IMG/VR virus record: IMGVR_UViG_3300043411_001021
Location: 1-52,155 of that record
Length of the DNA stretch: 52,155 bases
Reading direction: 5' to 3' (one strand)
From: a virus
Taxonomy: Duplodnaviria > Caudoviricetes
In this document: positions 18,240 through 25,792 of the stretch, one piece after another
Numbering within the stretch: the first letter of the stretch is position 1
How the letters are laid out: each line of letters opens with the position of its first letter
Translations under genes and position numbers: made by a program
The notes under the pieces: generated by a model
What the model was told of the DNA's origin: nothing
Databases searched by the model: none
Seen by the model: only the letters and a program-made list of their open reading frames with translations

Positions 18240-19298
18240 TTATTTAAATATTTTACCATCAAAAAACGCTGTACCGTTCTTGAAAGGTATATTTTCTAAA
18301 AAGAACATATCTTTATTAGAATATACCACAGAAATACCTTGTTGCCAGTTCTGATAGTATGTAGATGGGACACCTTCAGCGTTAGTGGAGCTGTGTACCC
18401 CTGGGACAGAGTTATCTACACGTGCTAAAGTACCTGGTGAGTGTGCCATATCCGTCACAGGACCTTTTGCTGTGTGTTTGGTACAATACGATGTCTCAAT
18501 TCTATGTATGTGCCCAAAAATAGTACTGTAGTGGTTCTCTTTGGCTAGTGCAGAGGCTGTTTTACCTGCTGCTTTTACAACATGACCATGTATGCAGGCT
18601 AAATCTTTATTAATCCAATACCAACCCATAGGGTATTGATCAATATGCTCAATACCTAATTCCTTAAATCTTAATAAGTTTTGTATTGAAAACACAGGTG
18701 TTTTTCCATCAGAACCATTATCTGCTACGTGGATACTAGCCGCAGACCCCGCATTGTCCTCTATATAGCGTTTTAAGCGAATGTCATGGTTTCCATTAAT
18801 AAATACCACTTTTTTGCTTAGAGCACTGTAGACGGCCAATTCTTGGTATGTACGGTCTATTGCAGGTTGTACTGTATCTGTAAAGCCTGGCTCTTGTCTG
18901 TATTTACCGTAGGGGGCTAAATCTAAAACATCACCTAAAAATATAGTCTCATCAGGTCTTAGGTACTCACCAATTAAACGAGCTAGACGTAATGCTCCCT
19001 CATCGTGGAATGGTTCTAGCGTTTTTCCAACTTTTCGATAACCAAATTGTGGGTCTGGGAGAATTAAACTTACTTTTAATTTATTTTTCGAGGGTCGGGT
19101 AGCAGGGACCCTGACAGTGACAGGTTGCGCGACACGTACTGTGGGCCACAATTCTCCGTTTTTCTGTCGATATTTCGATTGGGCCTTTGTTTTCTTGCTT
19201 AAAAAGTCTTTTCGACAATCTTCTGTACAATATTTTGAGTTCCATGATCCCTTCTCATATCTAGTTTCGCATTGTCTACATGTACTCTTAACAGTCAT
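18240..19298 (-). CDS. Calcineurin-like metallophosphoesterase with N-terminal Zn finger
   Basis: PDPQ, LGDVLD, GNHD, HGH, GHIHR; CxxC...CxxxC N-terminus. Confidence 0.88.
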   Translation of the reverse strand: MTVKSTCRQCETRYEKGSWNSKYCTEDCRKDFLSKKTKAQSKYRQKNGELWPTVRVAQPVTVRVPATRPSKNKLKVSLILPDPQFGYRKVGKTLEPFHDEGALRLARLIGEYLRPDETIFLGDVLDLAPYGKYRQEPGFTDTVQPAIDRTYQELAVYSALSKKVVFINGNHDIRLKRYIEDNAGSAASIHVADNGSDGKTPVFSIQNLLRFKELGIEHIDQYPMGWYWINKDLACIHGHVVKAAGKTASALAKENHYSTIFGHIHRIETSYCTKHTAKGPVTDMAHSPGTLARVDNSVPGVHSSTNAEGVPSTYYQNWQQGISVVYSNKDMFFLENIPFKNGTAFFDGKIFK

Positions 19299-19533
19299 AT
19301 TTTACATACTCTCGTCTTATTTTAAAATAATATTAGCACAAATGAGCAGGGTAAACAAGTCATTGTGTATACAAATTTTAATTTTACAGCTTAAAGTATG
19401 CTACAGTATATCCTCATATGTTTCTAACATACATAAATTTCGATATTGTTTCGAGGTTTCCCGCATAAATAAATCGGCAGGAATCTCTCGTCCCCACGTT
19501 TAATTCCTGCCTGCTTTTCTGGAGGATCAGCTA

Positions 19534-20067
19534 ATGAGAATAGTACCACAAAATATACACGTAAGAAGATTTTTGATAGGATTACTTTTAGTAATTTTAG
19601 CTTTTGCATTATTAGAAATTTTCAACATAAGCGCAGACGCTGTAACAAGTAAAAATAACACAAAGACTGAAAGTGGTTTAAGCGTTATGGAGCAGGCTAA
19701 AAAGAAGTTCACACCTCCCACAACAACCACGACCACTACAACCTTACCCCCCACAACCACAACGAAAATAAAACCTTACATAGCACCTACGACAACAAAA
19801 CCTTATGTCGCACCGCCCACATCAGTAGGTGACGAAATATACATGAGACTGTCCGCGTGTGAATCAGGTAACCCTACTTACAACGGACCATCTGGATATG
19901 ATGGCGCATTTCAATTCTCACCAGCAACGTGGAGATCAATGAACACTGGATACGCGTTTGCTTATGAGGCACCGTTTGAAGTTCAACTTGACGCTGCAAA
20001 AAGACTTATTGCTCGTAGTGGTTGGGGTCAGTTCCCGAGTTGCGCTCGACAGTTAGGTATGTTATAG
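19534..20067 (+). CDS. rpf: Resuscitation-promoting factor (Rpf)-like transglycosylase, exported
   Basis: Signal/TM segment, Pro/Thr linker, RLSACESG...GYDGAFQFSPATW...QLDAAKRL..SGWGQFPSCARQLG. Confidence 0.9.
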   Translation: MRIVPQNIHVRRFLIGLLLVILAFALLEIFNISADAVTSKNNTKTESGLSVMEQAKKKFTPPTTTTTTTTLPPTTTTKIKPYIAPTTTKPYVAPPTSVGDEIYMRLSACESGNPTYNGPSGYDGAFQFSPATWRSMNTGYAFAYEAPFEVQLDAAKRLIARSGWGQFPSCARQLGML

Positions 20068-20115
20068 TACTTAAATCCGCTTATTGGTTTCCGATAAATG
20101 GTGCGTGACAATGGA

Positions 20116-20141
20116 AAGAACTCCTTCGGGGGTTCTTTTTT
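20116..20141 (+). terminator. Rho-independent terminator
   Basis: AAGAACTCC-TTCG-GGGGTTCTT followed by a T tract. Confidence 0.85.
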
Positions 20142-20142
20142 A

Positions 20143-20151
20143 TGTTATAAT
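20143..20151 (+). promoter_or_regulatory. Extended -10 promoter for the RNA gene cluster
   Basis: TGTTATAAT; predicted TSS about 20158. Confidence 0.7.
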
Positions 20152-20158
20152 ACACACA

Positions 20159-20230
20159 GGGGTGGGTCGCTTAGTGAAAGTCTAAGCCATCGGTAATTCA
20201 TTACTGACGTAGCTCAGGATGGAGTGCCCC
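20159..20230 (+). ncRNA. Circularly permuted tRNA-like RNA (YrlA/Y-RNA-like topology)
   Basis: Terminal stem GGGGT/GCCCC; T-like arm GCTTAG-TGAAAGT-CTAAGC; loop-closed acceptor-like stem CATCGGTAA/TTACTGACG; TA-GCTC-AGGATG-GAGT D-like arm. Confidence 0.6.
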
Positions 20231-20236
20231 AAGAAT

Positions 20237-20308
20237 ATCACTATAGGACAATGGTTAGTCCGCTTGGTTTTCATCCAGGAAATCAGAGTTCGATTCTCTG
20301 TAGTGATA
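20237..20308 (+). tRNA. tRNA-Glu(TTC)
   Basis: ATCACTA/TAGTGAT acceptor, CTTGG-TTTTCAT-CCAGG anticodon arm, GTTCGATT T-loop; followed by CTA, not CCA. Confidence 0.92.
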
Positions 20309-20458
20309 CTAGTGTGGTATAATATATACCCACGGTGAGAAACCTACGCCTTAAGTAAGTAGTTAGTATTGCCGTACTTTTTAAAAAAGAAAGGCTATAT
20401 CGTGAATACATACTCAAGCCCTTCCATCTGTTGTTACCCCTTGCCCAGTTATTAATAC

Positions 20459-20533
20459 GCACACTTGGTGAAGTGGTAACACAATGATCTGCAAAATCAT
20501 TATGCATCGGTTCGATTCCGATAGTGTGCTCCA
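20459..20533 (+). tRNA. tRNA-Cys(GCA)
   Basis: GCACACT/AGTGTGC acceptor, ATGAT-CTGCAAA-ATCAT anticodon arm, encoded CCA. Confidence 0.93.
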
Positions 20534-20607
20534 CTGGATATAGCTCAATTTGGTAGAGTACTCGGTTTGGAACCGAGGGGTTGTAAGTTCAAATCTTGCT
20601 ATCCAGA
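20534..20607 (+). tRNA. tRNA-Pro(TGG)
   Basis: CTGGATA/TATCCAG acceptor, CTCGG-TTTGGAA-CCGAG anticodon arm, GTTCAAAT T-loop; followed by CTA. Confidence 0.93.
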
Positions 20608-20649
20608 CTAAAACTTTCTTTAATATAAAAAATAAACTATACTTATTAT

Positions 20650-21339
20650 GTGAATAGTCCTAAAATTGTAGTGTCCACAGGGTGGCGTTTTGAACCTGAA
20701 TATATGTTGGAAGATTGGAAAACCAACACCTCATGGTTCGATGGGCAGATTATTTATGATGATAGAGAGCGTGATTCTGCGGATCGTTGGATAGATGAGT
20801 CATTTTTATATACTGAATTGAGAAGAATGGCTTTAGAGCAAGGTGCGGACTGGATAGCTCATATTTCAATAGATGAACGCCTTGACCTTAATGCAGAAAC
20901 AATAATTCGTGAGAGAATAAATTATTTAAAAAGAACTACTTTACGACTACCTGTAAAAGAACTTTACACACCTACATCATATAGAGACAATAAAGGTTTT
21001 TGGCAACATGAAGAATCTCGGATATATCCATTATTAGAAGATAATGTCTATAGTGATGTACCTTTCCATAACCCAATTGCGCCCTTAAGAGAACATGACC
21101 GTTTCATGCAATTGATGTCTATCCCTGTGAATATTTACCACCAAAAAATGATTGAACCATCTAGCAGAGAGAATCGTGTTAAAATATATAATGAAGTTGA
21201 CCCAACTGCTTCTCTCACAGTGCTAAATGAATATGAGTATTTAACCAACGAAGACAATATTATTTTAAAAGAAATTGAAAAACCATACGGATATATTCCA
21301 CCTTATAGGACATTTAAATACGAGACAGGGACACAATAA
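20650..21339 (+). CDS. Glycosyltransferase-like protein (GT-A / GT2-like)
   Basis: IIYDD, GADWIAHISIDERL (variant of ADWxxxxDxDE); sugar-gene context. Confidence 0.65.
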   Translation: MNSPKIVVSTGWRFEPEYMLEDWKTNTSWFDGQIIYDDRERDSADRWIDESFLYTELRRMALEQGADWIAHISIDERLDLNAETIIRERINYLKRTTLRLPVKELYTPTSYRDNKGFWQHEESRIYPLLEDNVYSDVPFHNPIAPLREHDRFMQLMSIPVNIYHQKMIEPSSRENRVKIYNEVDPTASLTVLNEYEYLTNEDNIILKEIEKPYGYIPPYRTFKYETGTQ

Positions 21340-21340
21340 A

Positions 21341-22027
21341 TTGAAAGATTTAAACGATCAAATTTCAAACTACACAGACTTTAACTCATGGCTTATTAAA
21401 AAACGATATGAGCATCTCTCTAGATATTTTAGAGGAGATACTTGCTTAGAAATGGGATGTGCAGATGGTTCTGGTACTGTTATCTTAAATAATTATTTTA
21501 AAGATTTAACAACAGTAGATGGAAGCTCTACTGCAATATATGAAGTTGGTAAACTGCTTCCTAAGATTAAAAGACATTTCTCAAGTTATGAAACAATGAA
21601 ATTTAACACTAAGTTTGACACAATTGTTCTGGCGCATGTGTTAGAACATGTTGATAACCCACAAACTGTCTTAAAAAAAGCTAAAGAACATCTTGCACCT
21701 GGTGGAGTTTTAATTGTCGATGTTCCTAATGCAGATAGTCTACATAGACAGGCTGGTGTTGAACTACATTTATTAGATCGTATAACAGATTTAAATGAAA
21801 CAGATATCTCAATAGGACATAAACGAGTTTATACGCAACACACTTTTTATGATGAGCTTCGTGAATTGAACATGATTATCTCTACCTTCGGGGGTATGTT
21901 TATAAAAGTAGTTTCAAATAAACAAACTGAAGAATTATTTAGTGAAGAACAACTAGATGCTTTTTTTCAAGTAGGTGTTAATAATCCACACGTAGCTGCT
22001 GAAATCTACGGAGTCTTAGAAAAATGA
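21341..22027 (+). CDS. Class I SAM-dependent methyltransferase
   Basis: LEMGCADG, VDGS, FDTIVLAHVLEHV, LAPGGVLIVDVPN; TTG start assumed (track start 21275). Confidence 0.9.
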   Translation: MKDLNDQISNYTDFNSWLIKKRYEHLSRYFRGDTCLEMGCADGSGTVILNNYFKDLTTVDGSSTAIYEVGKLLPKIKRHFSSYETMKFNTKFDTIVLAHVLEHVDNPQTVLKKAKEHLAPGGVLIVDVPNADSLHRQAGVELHLLDRITDLNETDISIGHKRVYTQHTFYDELRELNMIISTFGGMFIKVVSNKQTEELFSEEQLDAFFQVGVNNPHVAAEIYGVLEK

Positions 22028-22212
22028 AAATAGTCGCAGCATTTTCTAAAAGATACGAACCAGAATATCTTGTTGATGAACTTCGAGAAAATTTAGCGTG
22101 GTGTGATGATATTATTGTTCGTAATCCATCACTTGACTGGATACCAGTAGGTGCAGACTATTATATAAATTCTTTAGAAGAACTCCCAGAACTATTAGAA
22201 AGTATAAAATGA
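22024..22212 (+). pseudogene. Chimeric remnant: GT N-terminus fused to a HAD-like C-terminus
   Basis: First ~32 aa parallel the N-terminus of 20650..21339; ends GADYYINSLEELPELL. Confidence 0.55.
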
Positions 22213-23273
22213 TACCAATACATCGTTGCGTAGTTTCAGACTACTCAAAAAAATTAGTAAACGAAGTTTTAGATTCCGGAAATCTTGTACAAGGTAAAAT
22301 GGTAAAGCGTTTTGAAGAAGAGTTTGCGGAGATTAGTGGGGCAAAATATGCAGCAGCGACATCTAACGGAACAACTTCTTTAGAAATGATGATGCGTGCA
22401 GATGGTGTTGATGAGGATTATGTTGTATTTACAAATCCACTATCTTTTGCAGCAACACCTCGTGCAATTAGACATGTTGGGGCTACTCCAATTTTTATTG
22501 ATGTAGAGTATGAAACAGGAAATATTGACCAAGTAAAATTACATCAAGAAAATGATAGTCTGAGGTCTCATTCAAAAACTAGCACACTAGTTGTAGATTT
22601 ACACGGGGTACAAGATCCATTAGTTACAAATAATATTCCAATATATAGAGATGCATCACAAGCACACGAATCTAAGTTAGACACTGATAGTGTTGCAGCT
22701 TCATATTCTTTTCACGCTTCAAAAAACATAACCGCTGGTGAAGGCGGTATGGTTGTATCTAATGATTTTAATTTGATAGAAGATATAAAATTACTTAGAA
22801 ATCATGGTATGAACTCATACGGTACCTTTAAATCTATAGATGGTTATAATGCACGTATGACTGACTTACAAGCAGCAATAGGTATAGGAAGTTTACGAAA
22901 TCTTTCAGAAATTAATGCAATACGTACTGATAATGCTCGGTATTATGATCAATCATTTTCCGGTATTGATAGCTTGAAGCTACCTGTGACACAGTATATT
23001 TATCACCATTATTGTTTAAGATCTCCATTTGCAGACCAAATAATAACCATACTTAGATATGAAGGCATCGACACGCGAAAGTATTACTCTAAACCTCTCA
23101 CAGAATTGCCAGAATATGAAGGTTACGAATTATCTAATCGTGCCACGTTTCCTAATGCTTATATGGTGTGTGAAGAATCATTCTGTATTCCAGTACATCA
23201 ACACTTGACAAAACAAGAAAAAGATTACATAGTAAAAAAGGTTATACAAGCAGTGGAGCATGTGAATGGATAA
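22209..23273 (+). CDS. DegT/DnrJ/EryC1/StrS sugar aminotransferase
   Basis: SNGTTSL, DASQAH, YSFHASKNITAGEGG (PLP lysine), GYNARMTDLQAAIG. Confidence 0.95.
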   Translation: MIPIHRCVVSDYSKKLVNEVLDSGNLVQGKMVKRFEEEFAEISGAKYAAATSNGTTSLEMMMRADGVDEDYVVFTNPLSFAATPRAIRHVGATPIFIDVEYETGNIDQVKLHQENDSLRSHSKTSTLVVDLHGVQDPLVTNNIPIYRDASQAHESKLDTDSVAASYSFHASKNITAGEGGMVVSNDFNLIEDIKLLRNHGMNSYGTFKSIDGYNARMTDLQAAIGIGSLRNLSEINAIRTDNARYYDQSFSGIDSLKLPVTQYIYHHYCLRSPFADQIITILRYEGIDTRKYYSKPLTELPEYEGYELSNRATFPNAYMVCEESFCIPVHQHLTKQEKDYIVKKVIQAVEHVNG

Positions 23274-24084
23274 TAATAATATATGGGTTATAGGTGCGTC
23301 AGGCTCGATGGGATCAAAGCATTTAGCTAAACTTGAAAAAAGGACTGATGGTGTCAAAGCATGGGGCTGGGATATTGCAAATAAAGGCGGAGCAAGTAGT
23401 TATAAAGATTTAATTCATACAAAAATTAATAACTTCATAATAGTAACACCCTCAAATACACACTATGAAATAGCTAAGTATTATATTGAGCATGGAAAAA
23501 ACCTATTGATTGAAAAACCAATTTCTTTAAATTACAAAGAAGCACAAACGCTTTACAGGCTTAGTCGCGAATATAATACTGTTTTAATGACTGGGCACAA
23601 TTACGGGTTCAACCCTGATTTTAGACGAGCTTTACCTGAACTGTATCACGCAAAAACTTTAGTGTTTGGTATGCATTTACCACATGATAATATTGTAGAG
23701 AATGTAGTGTTTGACCTGGGAATACATCAATTTGAACTAGCTTTTAAGTTAGGTCAAAGAGAGTTTGATCGAGATTTTAAACTGAAAGAAGTACGTATAA
23801 AACCAGGAACACAAAATGTCTACGTACATGCCCAAATAGGATCTAAAAATTGTCATTTTAATATGAGTTATAGAGGAGGTAATGACCATAGAACGCTACA
23901 CTATGACCATACAGGTGAAGTAGATTTCCACGATGCAGACGGTAAATCCCCCGACGCAATGGAAAACCTTCATAATGCTTTTATCAAGGCTTGCGAAGTA
24001 GGAATTTGGCAGTCTCACTATTCGGAAAACGCAGTTGCTGCTGTGCAGTTAGCTGAGATGGTTCAAAATAAACTTTTTAGATAA
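23266..24084 (+). CDS. Gfo/Idh/MocA-family oxidoreductase
   Basis: VIGASGSMG, TP..THY, IEKP, GHNYGFNP, DLGIH. Confidence 0.88.
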   Translation: MDNNNIWVIGASGSMGSKHLAKLEKRTDGVKAWGWDIANKGGASSYKDLIHTKINNFIIVTPSNTHYEIAKYYIEHGKNLLIEKPISLNYKEAQTLYRLSREYNTVLMTGHNYGFNPDFRRALPELYHAKTLVFGMHLPHDNIVENVVFDLGIHQFELAFKLGQREFDRDFKLKEVRIKPGTQNVYVHAQIGSKNCHFNMSYRGGNDHRTLHYDHTGEVDFHDADGKSPDAMENLHNAFIKACEVGIWQSHYSENAVAAVQLAEMVQNKLFR

Positions 24085-24110
24085 AAATAAACAGAAAGAA
24101 GAATAATAAC

Positions 24111-24431
24111 ATGGCAATAGAAAACAACTTCATCAAAGATGAATTAGACAACCCAGCAGGCGGAACATCAAAAGATATTGGTGTTGATATAAGTTGGCAA
24201 AATGGTCCAATAGCTGGTCCAGATGATAGAAACGGTGCTTTTGTAATTGATGTAATTCAAATTGCAATTGACCGCATTAACTTTTACAATGAAAGCCAAT
24301 TTCGATGCAGAGAAAACTCTCTAGCAGTAACTAAGTTAGAAGAAGCTATACATTGGTTAGAGTCTCGTAGAGGTCGAAGAGCTGGTGAAGGAATATTAGG
24401 TACACACAAAGTAGATAAAACTGAAGGATAA
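24111..24431 (+). CDS. tad1: Tad1-family cyclic-nucleotide sponge (anti-Thoeris/anti-CBASS)
   Basis: WQNGP...NG...IDRI.FYN...FRCRENSLAVTKLEEAIHWL..R...R..EG.LGTH matches the Tad1 pattern as recalled. Confidence 0.8.
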   Translation: MAIENNFIKDELDNPAGGTSKDIGVDISWQNGPIAGPDDRNGAFVIDVIQIAIDRINFYNESQFRCRENSLAVTKLEEAIHWLESRRGRRAGEGILGTHKVDKTEG

Positions 24432-24432
24432 G

Positions 24433-24461
24433 TTGACAAGAACTAATCTTTATGTTAAATT
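24433..24461 (+). promoter_or_regulatory. Sigma70-type promoter
   Basis: TTGACA-17 nt-TAAATT with TG extension. Confidence 0.7.
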
Positions 24462-24501
24462 AAAAAAATCTTAAGTCGGGCTTATATGGCTTAGGGGAAT
24501 T

Positions 24502-24527
24502 AAACAGGGGGGAACCCCTGTTTTTTT
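24502..24527 (+). terminator. Rho-independent terminator
   Basis: AAACAGGGG-GGAA-CCCCTGTTT followed by a T tract. Confidence 0.85.
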
Positions 24528-24540
24528 GTTATAATAAGGT

Positions 24541-24720
24541 ATGACTTCTAAAAAACGTTTTAAAAAAGCCGATTCACATAGGCGAAAATGGGATTGGGAG
24601 TACATTCTCACAGATATTAAACAAAAACGAGATAAGCATCTAGGCAGACTTCGTAAAAGTGAAAAGCTTAAATTAAAAAACAATCCAGAAAAAGATTTAT
24701 ACTCTAAAAAAGATTTATGA
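24541..24720 (+). CDS. Small basic hypothetical protein (59 aa, leaderless)
   Basis: MTSKKRFKKADSHRRKWDWEY...; TGTTATAAT ends 5 nt before the ATG. Confidence 0.6.
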   Translation: MTSKKRFKKADSHRRKWDWEYILTDIKQKRDKHLGRLRKSEKLKLKNNPEKDLYSKKDL

Positions 24721-24729
24721 TTTACTTTT

Positions 24730-24846
24730 AAAACCAGGCCAGAGGTAAAAGCGATACATTCCAACGACGGTTGGTCGTAACAGATATTCAGAGTATTGAC
24801 CTAGGTAGTTGATATATTCGGACTGTTCCTCTGGACCACCTGTTTT
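24730..24846. ncRNA. Candidate multi-stem structured RNA
   Basis: CCAGAGG/CCTCTGG, CCAAC/GTTGG, AACAG/CTGTT and CAGG/CCTG stems in a GC-richer intergenic island. Confidence 0.45.
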
Positions 24847-24888
24847 TAATGATGTGACTTTATTTAAAATAAATGATAAACTATATAT

Positions 24889-25155
24889 GTGACATATGAA
24901 GAGTTTGAACAAAAGGCCCTAGATTTAGGATTTGAAATTGAAAAAGAAGATGATAGTAATATCACATATTTCTTAATAGATGATGTAGGAGTCTCACATT
25001 TCAATGACATATATTCCCCAGTAAATTTTGCATTTTTTAGATACTGGTCAGATGATATATTATGTGATAGACTCAGATTAGAAGTATTAAATAGAAGAGA
25101 CTCTTCTATTGCTTTAGATTATTTAGAATTATTATCAACGTTAGAAAGGAAATAA
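24889..25155 (+). CDS. Hypothetical protein (leaderless GTG)
   Basis: TGATAAACT ends 6 nt before the GTG. Confidence 0.7.
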   Translation: MTYEEFEQKALDLGFEIEKEDDSNITYFLIDDVGVSHFNDIYSPVNFAFFRYWSDDILCDRLRLEVLNRRDSSIALDYLELLSTLERK

Positions 25156-25157
25156 AT

Positions 25158-25430
25158 ATGTTTAACCCAGTTGGAGAGAGAATACTTGTAAGAGATATTG
25201 AGGACGATGAGAGACAAACATCTACTGGGATATATATAGCGGGTAATGAAGAACACAGCGCTCCTAAGAAGGCAGAAGTGATAGGTATTGGAAATACTAA
25301 AGAGCGAGATTTAGGTATTACTATTGGAGATATTGTTATGTTTCCAAGATACTCAGGAACGGACGTTACAATTGAGGGTGAAGATCTTATCCTCGTAGAT
25401 TATGATAACGTATTAGTAAAAGTTATTTAA
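25158..25430 (+). CDS. groES: Co-chaperonin GroES
   Basis: PVGERILVR, TSTGIYI, GDIVMFPRYSGTDVTIEGED. Confidence 0.92.
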   Translation: MFNPVGERILVRDIEDDERQTSTGIYIAGNEEHSAPKKAEVIGIGNTKERDLGITIGDIVMFPRYSGTDVTIEGEDLILVDYDNVLVKVI

Positions 25431-25792
25431 ATTTTACCGCTAAGTATATCTATTTTATGCTCTAAGTTTTCAACTAAAGAAGTTAACTCTGAAATTTTAG
25501 TAGATTGCTTGATATTTTCAATCTGAAATTCACGAGACATTCTTAATCTCTCTGCATGACATTCCTCGATTTCCATACGGTAATTTTTTAGGTGCGCTTC
25601 AAGATCCGATATTGTCACAACCTGGTCATTAGCACGACGTGTATATATAAGGTCTGTTGAACGATTAAATTTCCAAAAAAGATACAGTAAAGTAACAGTA
25701 ACACCTAAGCCAGATCCTGCTGATAAGTATCCACCAATATCAGGACCCACGATACTTACTCCGCACCATACTATATATGTATGGGGTTTCAA
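25427..25792 (-). CDS. Membrane-anchored coiled-coil protein
   Basis: One TM segment then heptad-like helix; start may be the GTG at 25750. Confidence 0.65.
   Translation of the reverse strand: MKPHTYIVWCGVSIVGPDIGGYLSAGSGLGVTVTLLYLFWKFNRSTDLIYTRRANDQVVTISDLEAHLKNYRMEIEECHAERLRMSREFQIENIKQSTKISELTSLVENLEHKIDILSGKI

Noticed and set aside
19410-19533. c-di-AMP (ydaO) riboswitch, expected upstream of rpf genes
   Set aside because: Only TCAGCTA resembles the consensus; the GGGGGACCC and GGGGTGAATCC elements are missing
20309-20458. tRNA-associated theta (HDV-like) ribozyme or a fourth tRNA
   Set aside because: No HDV double-pseudoknot directly after the tRNA and no cloverleaf
20283-20534. Minus-strand 83-aa ORF
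   Set aside because: Antisense to the tRNA genes; spurious
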